64,000 nucleotides of DNA from assembly GCA_011109175.1 (NCBI GenBank), contig RDEW01000004.1, forward strand, positions 1,140,030-1,204,029, given 5' to 3'. Position numbers and translations under genes: made by a program. Under the pieces are notes generated by a model that did not search any database, was not told where the DNA came from, and saw only the letters and a list, made by a program, of their open reading frames with translations. Below are positions 49,222-62,169 of the stretch, piece after piece. Within the stretch, counting starts at the first letter, position 1. Each line of letters begins with the position of its first letter. The stretch comes from Dicyema japonicum (taxonomy: Eukaryota; Animalia; Dicyemida).

Positions 49222-50019
49222 ATGTCCTCCAATTCGCTACATGATCAGTGCCTAAAATATTTTAAAACATCTGATTTTTATGAAATATTATGCGTAGAAA
49301 GGACGGTTAACGAGAAATCCAGTAAGTCATTTACACATAACTTGATTAGTCAAATCGGCATATTACAAATGTGCTAAGAAATACCACCCTGATCGTTCCT
49401 CCGACAAAAATGCAACAAAAAAGTTCCAAATACTATCAAACGTGCATGCCATTCTTTCAAATCCAGAAAAGAGGCTGATTTACGACCAGACAGGTATAAG
49501 ATAAATCATTTTCAGGCGAATGTGAAGACCACGGCCTGCTTGATGACGTAAAAGACTGGTATTCATACTGGAGGGAGATGTTTCCGCCAATAACCACAAA
49601 CGATATCGACGTCTATTTGTCAAAATATAAAGGTTTTCATTAAATCTATGCCAGGATCCGACGAAGAAGTTAAGGATTTGAAAGAATCTTACATCAATAA
49701 CTCTGGAAGGATCAAGGGGATCTTAAAGGAAGTCATCGGTGCCTCAGAGGATGACAGGGAGCGATTTATTTACATTCTCTCCGATTTACTCTTACGTGGG
49801 GAACTAAAAAAATTTAAGAATTTTCCAGCCATGACTGCGGAAGAAGTCGAGGACTTTAAAAGGAGGGAAAATTTAGAGGATTCGAGTAGTAAGAAAGGTA
49901 AAGAAAAGAAGGGGGATGACGATCTTGTGAAAGAGCTAATGAATAGCAAAGCCAAGAGAATGGCTAAGACGGAGTCTTTCTTAGATTCGCTAGAAAAAAA
50001 ATATTCAAAGAAAAAGTGA
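49222..50019 (+). CDS. DNAJC9: DnaJ homolog subfamily C member 9-like
   Basis: Spliced (introns 49322-49349, 49494-49515, 49633-49654): J-domain FYEILCV...AYYKCAKKYHPD...KFQIL...YDQTG, then DWYSYWREMF, YKGSDEE, and FLDSLEKKY terminus typical of DNAJC9. Confidence 0.9.
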
Positions 50020-50789
50020 TTTTTTAGAATTTTCCTTTCTGATTTGTTATTTAGTAGCTTGTAAAATTGTCTTTTTTGATTTTTTTCACTTGTGTATTTA
50101 TTACATTTAAGAAGGATAGCAGCACGAGAGCCTAGCAGGTGAAGAGTCACGCTTTATTTGAAGACTAAAGAACAGGTATGTTTATTCATCTTTAGAAGGA
50201 CCAAGGTTGGAAAATAACTTTTTTGCTACGTGTGGGTACTTGTGACATAGGTTCTGCAGTGAAGTTTCACTGATGACGATGTCTCTCGTCTAGTCAGCAA
50301 GTATCGTAGTTGCATGGGATCTTCAGCCTGAATAGACAGCAGCAAGATTTCTAATAGACAGCAGCAAGAAACATCTTTAACGCTTAAGACACTGCGACAT
50401 CCACAGTTAAGTGCGCGGTTTTCCAGATAATAATTCCCCTGTTCCTGCTCAAGACAAACATATCCACAGTTCTCCACTTTACCAGAGGGGATTTGAATCC
50501 ATACATAATTGCATCTGATGGTTCCTTGTATCCGAAAGTTGCGCATCTCCTAATCCAAAAAAGGAACGCAGTGTTACATCCATATTGAGGAGATAAGACG
50601 TCAGGGGTACTGGAACTGTGTCATAGTGCACCAGAGTTATGTCACCTGCTCAATCACCCAACCAATTAACCACTAGGTTGACTGGTAATTAACGTTGTGC
50701 TCTTTTAGGTCAAAATTATGAAGAAACTAAACGAATTTATTTTGAAGAAAAGGGGAAGTGTTATATTATTAATTCTCAAAGGTTAAGGA

Positions 50790-51300
50790 GTCCATTAGTT
50801 AGTTAAATGAACTTATGAATACAAAGGGTTTAGTCTGTGTCGTACTCTGCTATCCTTTTTATATTTTCTTTCATATAGAGTAGACAGAGTTTGATAAGAC
50901 AGGGAATAGAGAAGTGTCAACCTCACAATTAAAGCAGAGAGTAGTCTCAGAAGACATCTACACGGACTATCTATTAACCCAGTGAACAACAACTCCACCC
51001 GAACAACAGTCATCAAACGTACTGCACTTGTCTGTACCTAGCTCACTAACAAACTGACGCATACTCGTTCTATCATCTCAGTAATGATCTTTCTGCCGGT
51101 TTACCTACAGAACCGGTTTACAAATCTACTTCTACCAGGAACAAAATTGTGGGAACTCTTCAAGAAATAATCCAGCCAAGTGGGAGACATCTAATGATTT
51201 TTGATGCCGTTCTGAACTATTTGAGACAAGTGGATCACATGACGTCACGGTAACGAAAAAAAGGAGAGAGGAAACTGAAAAAAGGAGGGAAACCCTTCAA
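50790..51300 (-). mobile_element. Family N non-autonomous element (copy N4, diverged)
   Basis: GTGACGTCATGTGATCCACTTGTCTCA...GGCATCAAAAATCAT aligns to N1 20116-20180. Confidence 0.55.
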
Positions 51301-52659
51301 ACTACCAAATATCTCGTATGTCTACACAAGAAGACGACTCCAACAATGAAGTGACGTTTAACTGCGTAAAATGCGTAGTGTCTTATCGTGTAAGGAGCCG
51401 ATTTTGTCTAAAGATGACGCCGAGAGTTCATACTTCCATGAAGCACAGGCATATTTTATAATGGCAACAATTGTTTGACTGTATACTTCACGTATGCAAT
51501 CTTCCGTACGGACTCTTCGCAACAATTGCCTTGACGATATTCACTTCTTGTGTTCTTTCGTTTGGATCTAACGAGGATAGTTATTTTCTAAAGCATATTT
51601 CAATTGAATTTTTTTTTGAAATAAAGTAAATTAAATTAAAATTATTTTAAAATTTTATTTATCGTTAAAAAAGAATAATATTAACAAAAAATATAATATA
51701 AAAATTAAAAACCATGACGACCAAACATGATAAGTCTGAATGTCTACTTGAAAGGACACTGAAATATTTAAGTAGTTATATTTAAAATTACAGATAAATC
51801 GAATTTTGTGACGTTGCTAGGTCACAGCAAAAACCCACCGTCCTCTACTGCTGAGATTAACATTTGGAACAGAGTACATTCCTAATTTCAGAATTTCAGG
51901 TAAACGAGTGTAGTCTACCAAACGATATGAGTCAATTTTACTTATTTTCAAACGGTCTTGAGATATCCTGGAAGTTGACTGATCCTTGTATTAATTGGAC
52001 TCAACAAAATAGACAATCTAATACAACTTGGCTGCATTTATATTAGTCCACTCAATAAGCTGAATCACTTCAAAGTTGAAGGGGAGATGAATATTCTTAA
52101 CGAAATAGCAGGTTTCCAGTTTTCTATATTAAGAAAAATCAGAGGTCAATATAGCCTTCACAAGACTTTTTGTGCTCCACCACTGCAATGGAGATGGGAA
52201 AATCTGTTTGGCTTACAAAAAGAGTATTTTATAAGAAATTCATTTTAGGAGGGAACGAGTTTATTGGAATTTATTACGCGGACAGAGGTTTTAGATTGCA
52301 TTTCATTTCTGCCTCGTTCACAAATTACTATCGGTTACTTCTCTCCCACCTAGGACTGAGTCAATGGTACTATGCGTACACAGATATGGAGATACCCAAA
52401 TCCACAGCGGTTGATATTTTTCGTAAATTCTAAGTATTGGCTCAGAATGCTCACATCACGTTTGTCAAATTCTCGTGCTGTTGTAGAAGAGAAAAGGAAC
52501 AGCTTTGACTCAGAAAAAGTCTTAAAGTATTCTGTAAATGATTTTAGTTTATTAAACAATAAAGCCAAAGTCAAAATTATTAAAAAATAAACTTATAAAT
52601 TTTCATTTTTTTAAATAATAAATTTACTTCAAATTTGTTAAAGTATTCTAAATTTATTT

Positions 52660-52900
52660 TTATCAATGTGTTTGTGTAATAAGTGCCGATGGTTCCGGGT
52701 TAGAGTCTCCCTGCTGTCCATCTCCCTGATTCCACTCATTTTCTGGGATTGACGAGTGACTCCGTGATCAGTGATTCATCACTGGGGAACCGGATTGTCT
52801 CAGACTCGCACGTAAGCAAAAAGAGAAGAACAAAACCTTAAATGTTTTGGATTAATTGGCATGACTGTTCTTTACTTGTAAAATAAATGTGAGTTATGTC
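52660..52900 (+). mobile_element. tRNA-headed SINE, family S2 (diverged copy)
   Basis: Aligns with the minus-strand copy at 55130-55385 (CGGGTTAGAGTCTCCCTGCTG; TTGACGAGTGAC; CAGTG..CACTG; GGATTGTCT). Confidence 0.6.
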
Positions 52901-52959
52901 TAAATTGAGTAATGGAAACATTAGTAGTCATTGGCAGAAGGGCTAAATTATTTAATCTG

Positions 52960-54365
52960 TTTGTATCTTATACAAAACGAAATAAAAATAAAGCCAAAAC
53001 TCAGAATCGTCTAGTTTTCCGAGATACTAGTAGTAGTGGCTGTTAAGGCTTGAATGTTGAGGATTTTTTGTTTGTTCGTCCAGGACAGATTAATTCCCCA
53101 TGACATACAGGCATAGCTGACAGATGGCTCAATGAATTGTTTGTACAACAATTTCAAAACTGGGAAAGGGGTTTTAATGCCACCGAAAATGGTTTTGATT
53201 ATCCCTAGCTTTCTTGAGCAGCTTCCAGAGACAGCGTCGACGTGGGATGAAAAGGACATGTGTGTGTCGAAAGTGATCCCCAAGATTTTCAGTTTCTTCG
53301 TGAAAGGTATTTTTGTCTGGTTGATAAATATATCCACTGTCATTTGTCCAAGTCGTTTGTCTGAGGTAAATAAGGACAAAAATTTTTCAGTAGATATATC
53401 AAGCCTGTTATAATTTAGCCAAATTTGAATCTTGTGAAGGTATTCTTGTGGTCTTTCTGATGCCTTTGGGATATCTTGATTGCGGGATTCGATTAATAGG
53501 TCATCAGCATATAATAGGAAGTAGTCGTCTTTATTATCGGGTTGTGGTAAACGGAAAATAACCCCTTCTGAATCCATGTTGCGAAAATAAAAAAGGAAAA
53601 GACGGGTTTATAAGATAAGAATCAATTTTTCCAATAATTTTGGTCGAAATGATGCAAGATTGTTTTTTGGCTTCCCAGACTAAAGGATTGGGCGTATATA
53701 GGACAGTTTCCAAATAGTTGGAATTGTATTCATGTTTATTGAATTGTTGAAAACCACTGTGATTGCATCATTCCCAATAGGTCAAAGGTGCTTTAGTAAC
53801 AGGGATATAATCAGGCCCACATGAGAAAAAAAATTCATCTTTTTCAAACCCTCACTGACATCTGAATGTGAGATAAAGTTATTCGGATAAAGAAGGTCCA
53901 TCCATTTTCCTGAAAGTTTTCTCTTCGGTCTCATTGAGGATAAAGAAGGCCCATCCATTTTCCTGAAAGTTTTGTGGCTTAAACTGTTTGAGCAGTCCAG
54001 ACGAATGCAGTAGAATCCTAGAAGATGCGGGGTAGATGATGATGGAGTGAGTTTGTTTTCTTGAAGTAAAGTCATGTCAATGTTCTGTTTTTTAATGAAA
54101 GACTGTAGTTCGAGAATTTTGCTTTTGATTCCGTTGATGTTTATCTGCAGAATAAGAGTGGACCTGGATTAAGTTCAATGTCACCAACGAGAAAAATTAT
54201 CAGTAACCCATTCAGACGAGGAGGATTAAGAAAGGGAAGAGGCTGTCGTCCGAAAAGTCTTTCTTTGAATGGGAGGTAGTTAATGGTCCTTTTTCGCAGT
54301 GCATTAAGTGCACCGTGAGCGCCTCCATAACTTTCATAACTGGTAGACTACATAACGCACGTTTT
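52960..54365 (-). mobile_element. Internally deleted Ingi/Vingi-like element retaining 5' fold, 2A motif, APE start and RT pieces
   Basis: Fold at 54284-54360; LIIFLVGDIELNPGP (54159-54206); LQININGIKSK; QHGFRRG joined to YADD; shared 3' junction with 9050. Confidence 0.8.
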
Positions 54366-54399
54366 AATATTTCCACCACATTTTAATAATGTCGAATAT

Positions 54400-55072
54400 G
54401 CTAAAGACTACAAGGAATACTAAATAACATATTTGGATGGTTGTGCGAAAATCGATTAAATGCATGTTCCAGAAAGTCAGTAGTCACTCTGTTTACTAAG
54501 AATAGAAAGATGGGAATGCAAACAATTGATGTCACGTTAAATGGAGTGCCTATACGCCAAAAGAAATCGCAGAAGATACTGGGAGTAACTTTTGATACTT
54601 TCCTTTGCTTTTCAGCCCATGTGGAATCTATCACATTAATCTGTGCAAAGAAGATCAATTTTGTAAAAGCCTTCCTTTGGAACTGTGGAGGAATTTATCC
54701 GCCAGGTATCGGGACTTTCTACAAGCAGTATGTCGAGCCAACAATAGGCTATGCATGTGCTGGATGGGGATCTAACCTGTCGGCAACGAACCTAACAAAA
54801 ATTCAAGAGATCTAGTCAAGAGCAATAAAATTACTGGAAAAATATACAGATAAAGAAATTGCCCCCAGAGCACTCGAGTCTATCATGGAGGCAACTGGAG
54901 GTAATTTCAGAAGAGGAAAGGAAAAAGACTCCCTTCCGTATAGAAAATGCGTGGGATCACGGTCGGAGCATCAAGAAAAAATGGCCCGATTTTTGAGAGA
55001 TGCCAAGATCACCTGAATCTTAGTTAGAGGTTAAGACGGTTTTTCTTTGGATTAAATAATAATAATAATAAT
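54400..55072 (+). mobile_element. 3' fragment of Ingi/Vingi-like LINE
   Basis: LGVTFDTFL, FYKQYVEPTIGYAC; ...AKIT* end and (AAT)n tail. Confidence 0.75.
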
Positions 55073-55129
55073 AAAGCCTTTTCACGAGAGCCATAATATT
55101 TATAGCTCCGCATAGGCAGGACACACACT

Positions 55130-55385
55130 TTATTTAAGTAAATAACAGTTAATTTTAACTAATCGTAGAACCAAAGAATGATCACTTCCTTTTTTTCTTT
55201 TTCTTGTGTGAGTGTCCTTTCTAGACAATCCAATTCCGCAGTGAATTTCCACTGACGACGGCGTCACTCGTCAAGCACTTGTTTGCATAATAGATGCGTG
55301 GAATCTTCCACCAGGTGAACAGCAGCGAGAATCGAACCCGTGACCTAAGCAACTTATGCCCAACACCTAACCACTATGTTACTCA
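55130..55385 (-). mobile_element. tRNA-headed SINE, family S2
   Basis: A-box-like TAACATAGTGG with D-stem AACA/TGTT; B-box GGTTCGATTCT (55328-55338); followed by a non-tRNA body shared with 52660-52900. Confidence 0.7.
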
Positions 55386-55489
55386 TTTTAATAAGGAATT
55401 GAATTTTTCCAAAAGTCCTATTTTCAAAGGAAAATAAATATAAAAATAATAAAATTAACTTATTTTACAAGTAAATAATTTAAATTAAT

Positions 55490-56967
55490 AAAGATTATTT
55501 AACATTGCGTTTCTTCTTAGAGTCACTCTTAGCTTGAAATTTCCGCTTACTACACTAACGAATCAACCAAACCCGCATGACTTCAGGAAACCCAAACTCG
55601 ACGAATTAACAATCTTGGCAATACTAAAAAATCAACCAACAATAAACTGATCAATTCCATTCTCCATGTCCTCCTCAGTATAAAACGTCAGGGCCTCCCC
55701 TTGCCTCCCGGCTCTTCCAGTCCGTCCCACACGGTGGATATAGTCCACCCCACTCTTTGGCATGTCATAGTTCAGCACAAAATTCACAGCACTAAAGTCC
55801 ATCCCCCGTGCGACCAACTCGGTAGAAATAAGCACGTCTATACTCCCCATACGAAATTTCTCTACCACTGCGTCTCTCTTCCATAAAACTGAAAATCACC
55901 TCATTTTTCGCCCTCCCAGCGTGGAGCACATCCATAGTGAGCCCATCATATAGGAGCTCATTTAGCAGCAATTCAGCACGAACCTTTGAAGAGACAAAAA
56001 TCAATGCTGGAGTCTTTATCCCCGACTTGATGTGACTCCGGATGGCGAAAAGCTTCCCAATATCGTCGCTTACATATAACAATTTGTGGTCGACAGTATT
56101 TACAGCAGAGTTACTAAAGGATCATAGAACGTAAGAACCGTTCACCCACGTGCATAATGATGACGTCTTCCAAGTTAAGACGGCACCATTCTTCCACTTC
56201 CTGGTCGAAGGTGGCGCTATAGAAGCACTTTTTCAACAGGGAATTCGTGCAGAGGCTAAAAATCTCACCGAACTGTTGTCGAAATCCGCCTTTTCCCGCC
56301 TGAAAAAGCTTGTCAGACTCGTCTGCGACCAAAAAAAGAATCTTTGAGAGGTCAACAAATTGGTATAAAATCTTGTTTGGAGTCCCCACAAGAATGTCTA
56401 AATAAGAGGGAAATTTAAACCAGAATTTGAAATTCGTTTCGACGTGGAATTTTTTGTGGCAACTAAAGTTCTCAAAGAAATGCCATAGGAAACTCTTTTG
56501 ATATCCCCAAAAATTTGCATCGCCAGCTCCCACGTGGGCACAAGAACCAAGGCTCGAGGACCACCAGTTTTGTGTTGTTTTAAAGCGGCCAAAATTGGTA
56601 GAACAAAACTCAAAGTCTTCCCAGATCCCGTGGGAGCACATCCGAGGAGATTCCTTCCCTCCATTTGAACAGGGATCGCTTGCATCTGAATTGGAGTGGG
56701 GGTCACAAATCCTAGGGTAGTAAGATTGTTGAGGATTTGCAATGGAAATCTTCGGGAAGTCAGATCCGAAAATTCGCTGATGGGATTAGGAACATCCTGC
56801 CCAAAGATGTGTATCTGGTGAGCTTTTCGTACTTCCTCAGCATCAGTTGGTCCCCTTTCAGGAATTTTGTCAGTTTTTCCATCTTTTAGATCAAATCTGT
56901 TGGCATCGGCAGAAAAACGGTTCAAATCAAATTTTGCCCCTTTTGATATAGTTCGAAAAAAATCCAT
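55490..56967 (-). CDS. DDX52: DEAD-box RNA helicase DDX52/ROK1
   Basis: [14 protein letters not shown]; [10 protein letters not shown]; APTGSGKT; DESDKLF; YSATF; [11 protein letters not shown]; [12 protein letters not shown]. 22-25-nt GT-AG introns. Exact stop uncertain. Confidence 0.92.
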
Positions 56968-57109
56968 CCACAAGATTATTGTGTCAATGCACGTGACTCA
57001 AAAATTATTTATTTTTTATTATTTTTATATTTGTTAAATTTTTAAATTAATTTAAATTTAGAATTCTTTCATTTTTTCAAAAATTATAATATTTATTCAT
57101 AATAAGTTA

Positions 57110-59530
57110 TTGGGATTTCTGTACAGACCACTCTCGGAACTATTATTATTGCCAATGTCTATGTTCTCTCTCCAGGTTCCTGTGCAAAAGAATTTTCTAT
57201 GGATTTGTCTGCCCTAGATATGATGGAAAACTTGTTGGTGTCCGGGGATTTTAATGCCAAGCACCCTTCGTGATATGAGAAACAACCTCCCGACACAAGG
57301 GGATTTCATATTATTTCCCAATTAGACAATCTGTCCATTATGAACGACCTAAATAGGAATACACGAACTCCGTATAATAGAAAGGATTAGATTACCTCGC
57401 CGGATATAACGTTATGTTCACCACGGCTTGCCCGCTTATATGCTGATCAGTAAATTATGACTTACGAAGCCGACCAGTGCCCAGACCATAATCCCATTAT
57501 GATCAATTGTACACAAATGACGCGGTAAAAACAAGTAAATTTTATGACTATTTTAATGCTGACTGGACAGGATTCAGAAGATACGTGGATTCGTCCCTAT
57601 TTAATTTCCATCCAAATAATTTCAACTCAATCAATAGAGCAGTCTATCATTTTAATAAGGTGATTCTGGAAGGGTGAAAACTATTTGTCAGAAAAGGAAT
57701 TTTAAAACTCACCGAGAAGAAATATGATGCTAGCACAATCAAACTAAGAAAAAAAAGGAATTGTCTCAAACGTAAAAAGCACCTAATAAAACATGATAAT
57801 AATAGAATCCGTGCACTGAACATTAAGAACAACGAAAAGACAAAACTTCTCCAAAAAACAAAACTGGGCCGAATTTCTAATCCTATGAAAAACAATTGTT
57901 CACTTACCAAGATGTGCTGCGAAATGTCAATAACGCTAAAAACAATACCGAGGGAGACCGTGAACAAAAGATTGATCTGAATAAATTTACAAACATTTTC
58001 TGAGAATAAGCCACAAACCATATCAAAGGATAGATATTCCTACACACAAAAAACCGAAATCGAAAAGGAAGTATCCAACAATGTATGTTCTACCGGGAGA
58101 TGTCGGACTGTGAACAAAAGATTGATCTGAATAAATTTACAAACATTTTCTGAGAATAAGCCACAAACCATATCAAAGGATAGATATTCCTACACACAAA
58201 AAACCGAAATCGAAAAGGAAGTATCCAACAATATATGTTCTACCGGGAGATGTCGCTTTGGAAATCTATCGAACAGAGAACACCATTCCTATGGACCGGA
58301 AGGGATCCCGATTATTCTGTTGAAAAATATGGGCACAGTGGGAGTATCAGCACTAACATGCATCTTCAACTACTCAATCAATTTCAACTGTATTCCAGCT
58401 ATATGGAAATTTTCGAATATTCATCTAATACTGAATCCTGGGAAACCAAGGGAGGATCCTGCTTCTTACAGGCATTTGTCGCTCTTGTAAGTCCAGAGAA
58501 GATTCCTAGAGAGGATGGTTATGACACTCATTTACGCCAGATATAAGCATGGTTTAAAAAGGGAAGATCACTATCACACATCTAAATACATTAAAGGAGT
58601 CCATAACAAATGGCCTTAACAAAAGACCAGGACAGAAAAAAACGATTGTATGCTCAATTGATATACAGATGGCTTTTGACTCTGTTTCGAGAAAAATTAT
58701 CACGCACAACATATATTCGTTAAACATTGACGCAAACCTGGTTGGGAAATTTTTTTAGTGGTCGACGAGGACGAGTACACTGTGGCAATCGGTGTTCCGT
58801 ATCAAGACTATTAGCAATTGGCGTTCCTCAGGGCTCCCCGTCATTTCCCCTTTTGTTTAACCTTATGATGAATGACTTGCTACTCCCACAAAGGGACGAT
58901 GACATATTATTAACGTATGCGGATGATATAGTCATTGGTTCGAGGAATGTGAGTATTATCGAAGCAACGAGAAGAGTAAAGGACAATCTGAATAAACTTA
59001 GTTTATGGCAATGGGAAAATCAATTGACTGATAGCCAGGAGAAGTCGGTGTTGACCCTATTCACACCAAACAGAAGACTAGGGATAATATCAATTAACGT
59101 CACACTGGATGGGAAAAATATTCCGCAAAACAAATTCCAAAAAATCCAAGGAGTTACCTTTGATACCTTAACCTTTACAAAACACGTCGAAAATATGTTA
59201 TTGACTTGTAAGAAGATAATCAACTTCCTGAAGGCGTTCTTGGGAAACCCAAGATACAAAAAAGATTTGAGTGGACTGGATGTCATACACAAACTGTTCA
59301 TCGAGTCTACAATAGGATACGCATGTAATATCTGGGAATCTAACCTTGCTGCAACGAATTTGGACAAGATCTGCAATATTCAAGTGAAGGCAGCAAACCT
59401 ACGAAGGAAATCTTCCCGTGTGAAAACCTGCCCAGAAACCTTGAAAATATGATAGAGGCGACTGGAACAGTGCCCCTGAAGGACTCGAATATGCGGACCC
59501 CGTCCATTTCAAGGAGACTCATCAACTACT
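57110..59530 (+). mobile_element. Decayed Ingi/Vingi-like LINE with a 150-bp internal tandem duplication (57956-58105 / 58106-58255)
   Basis: GDFNAKH, DHNPI APE motifs; GVPQGSP, YADDIV, IGYACNIW RT/thumb motifs. Confidence 0.8.
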
Positions 59531-59940
59531 ATAATACTGTTGAAAATTTAATGTACCATTAGTATTCATTGATTTTGTCTGATCACTCGGCGGTCCTAGC
59601 AGTCTCTGAACCGTACAGCAATTCTCGGCAACAACACCTTTACTTAAAGTCCCAACACACCTGAGATTACGGGAGCGATTAAGAAGTAACAGAATATGTG
59701 TGATTGGAAAAGTCAACACACGTGAGGCCTCACATTGAAGACCTTCCGTCGAAGAGCATTAAGATCATCTTGCCTCTTCCCACCTCCGCGATCAAAGCCG
59801 GGGGCTCCACTACTGAAGAAAAATTAACCGTCCCCAAATGTCGTTCTATGATTTCATTTAGGGTCTCGTCTTTAGGGAACTTTCCAGTACATATGTAAGA
59901 GAGGGGATTGGCCTTTTTACGTTCTTACTCGAGGTGGAGG
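59530..59940 (-). mobile_element. CRE-clade 3' fragment
   Basis: PLSYICTGKFPKDETLNEII...VVEPPAL...GLTCVDF matches the CRE CCHC/RLE region. Confidence 0.65.
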
Positions 59941-61399
59941 CAAACTTAAGTATTAAGGATTTCAGTTTAAATTAGTGTTCTAACAGATAGAAGGGAATGC
60001 ATTAAGACAACTTTTTCTGTCTTCAGCAGAATGGAAGCAAGCAAAACGATCTGATTTAGATACTTTTCTGTTTTCCAAAGAAAGATTGAGTAAAATTTCA
60101 TCCATTATTTTTCAGACCTATTGACCACCCGGGATGTCTAAATCAAGTCATTCCAATACTGTCCGCACTCGAAGAGTTAACAAGATCTCAGACGAGAGAG
60201 AAGTGCGATATCTGTTACAGACCGAAGACCACCCAGGTGGTTAAAAATTTATACTGAGCACAGCCTGGTATTGATGATCTCTTCAACAGAATCCTTTATT
60301 ATATAATCTAGGAAAACAACATCGATGCTACTAAAAGACAAATATATTGGACGTAACATGCGAATCGAATTATTTCAGCATTTGTGATAAAAAAAAAACT
60401 CAACTCTTTCCCCTGAAGAGACGATTTTTATCGTTTTTGTCTCCGAAGAGAACACCCGGGAAATCCGATTCAAGGATCCTCGCGTCTAATAGCAATTTTA
60501 TGAAACTCTGTTTTTAAATAATTTGACAGAATTCCCAGCGCTTTGGGATCGACGTGCCAGAAAACGAATTTTCGGATTTCTAAAGACCGCCATACTCATA
60601 CCTCATGATTGAGTCCTATTTAACGACACTGAAAGAGTTGGATATGTTCAAATTTAAACAAAACCCCCAAGTTCATAGTTAATTATCTGACAGACCTCAG
60701 TGTCCAATCGTTCTAGGAGTCAATAGATGGAGTGATAAATCAGATATTTCTACGTCAGAATAGCTTAGAGTTGACACAAAATCATCCAGGATGTTTTAGC
60801 AGAAAACATTTTCCTTTTTGATTGGGGGTCACACTAAGTAAAATAATAATGGATAATATGCTTATATTAAAAAATCAATAAAATTTTACTTTAATTACTA
60901 AAAAATTCAATTTTGTGGTGCAGTGAAATTACAAGTTTTAATATTTCTACATTCTACATGAAGGCTTCACAAGTTTAGCAAATGATGCCGTCATCAGTGA
61001 GTACTTCACTGCCGAACGAAATAGACTAAAAGGACTCACTTAACAAAAATAAGTAAAGGACATTCCTTGGTTCCCTTCCTACGATAAGTCATCATAATTG
61101 TTCCTTACTCTAATAAATTTCGTATCCTGTTTAGGCGGAGATATAATTACAGTAAACTCTCTCAAATTTGCCGTTTTTGGTTCCAGCGAAATTGTGGCAA
61201 ATTGACAGATTTCAGAAAAAATTATATTTGAAGTTTATCAATTTGAACTTATTGATTCATGTGGTGCGTAATTGCACCATCATGGAACGTCGTTCATATA
61301 ACGGAGCAACACATATTAGACCCAAGAGACTGAACACTACATGCTTTTATGCTAATACACGCAAATATGGACTTTTTTGTTAGTCTTGCAGTGACTTTT

Positions 61400-62130
61400 T
61401 CTACCTCTGATGCATAAAGATGTCTCAAGGGGCTGCATGCTCGCTGTGCATGTGGAACTGCAGTGTCTGCATGGGCACTGGTCGGAAAACCCATAGGATC
61501 ATTCCAAACGAGCATGTCGAACCGAATGACCCTCTAGACTTCAATGATGTGGACAATATTTTGCACTTCTTGTCAGATCTAAAGAAAGCCAGGAAGATTC
61601 CAATCAGGATACCAAGACCCGTCCGGATCCCCGCGGCTACATGCCGGGTCTCTGCAATTGACAATGCTGTGACGTCCGACGACCAGAAGGCTTAGCTAAA
61701 ACTCCTCACTTTCTCCCCAATAGCACTTGGAATTCCATTTATCAACTCAAAAGGAGATCAACGGAACACAGGAAAAAGCACGACACTTGGAAACTCCTTC
61801 CTAAAAAATGAAGAAGAACGTTTAGGTTTTCCATATACATTCTCTCACCATGACGGAAGTCATGAAAACAAAACACCCTGATGCCAATCCTCCGGTTTCT
61901 TTGAATGGCCCCGACAAACTTGGAGAGAGAGTAAATCGTAGACTATTTGAAGGCGACGTCCGAGAGACGTTGCTCGTCGTTGCCAGCGACGATACTGTGA
62001 TGGCCGCTACGCCTGAGGTGCTTGAACTACTCAGACGAAAATATCTATGTCCTCCGGCAGATTACCGCACATTCGTACTTTCGGGGAATTTGTCAAGGGC
62101 GACCGTCACCGAAGGCGAAATGCGGCGCGG
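61400..62130 (+). mobile_element. CRE-clade internal/5' fragment
   Basis: RRLFEGDVRETLLVVASDDTV...LRRKY resembles the conserved pre-RT segment of CRE ORFs. Confidence 0.55.
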
Positions 62131-62169
62131 CATTTATTTAAAGATAATTAAACTATTTAAATCAGTAAA

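Noticed and set aside
50226-50546. Cys-rich 106-aa ORF downstream of DNAJC9 (similarly 29267-29659 and 51864-52590)
   Set aside because: No recognisable domain, no consistent splice pattern; probably decayed repeats.
55320-55385. Possible tRNA gene
   Set aside because: A/B boxes are present but acceptor, anticodon and T stems are poor, and the downstream body is shared with another locus, so it is a SINE head.
60000-60800. Possible hAT transposase remnant
   Set aside because: Only vague similarity with many stops; no convincing motif or termini.
61148-61230. TA-CAGTAAACTCTC Tc1/pogo-like terminus
   Set aside because: No matching inverted partner could be identified in the window.
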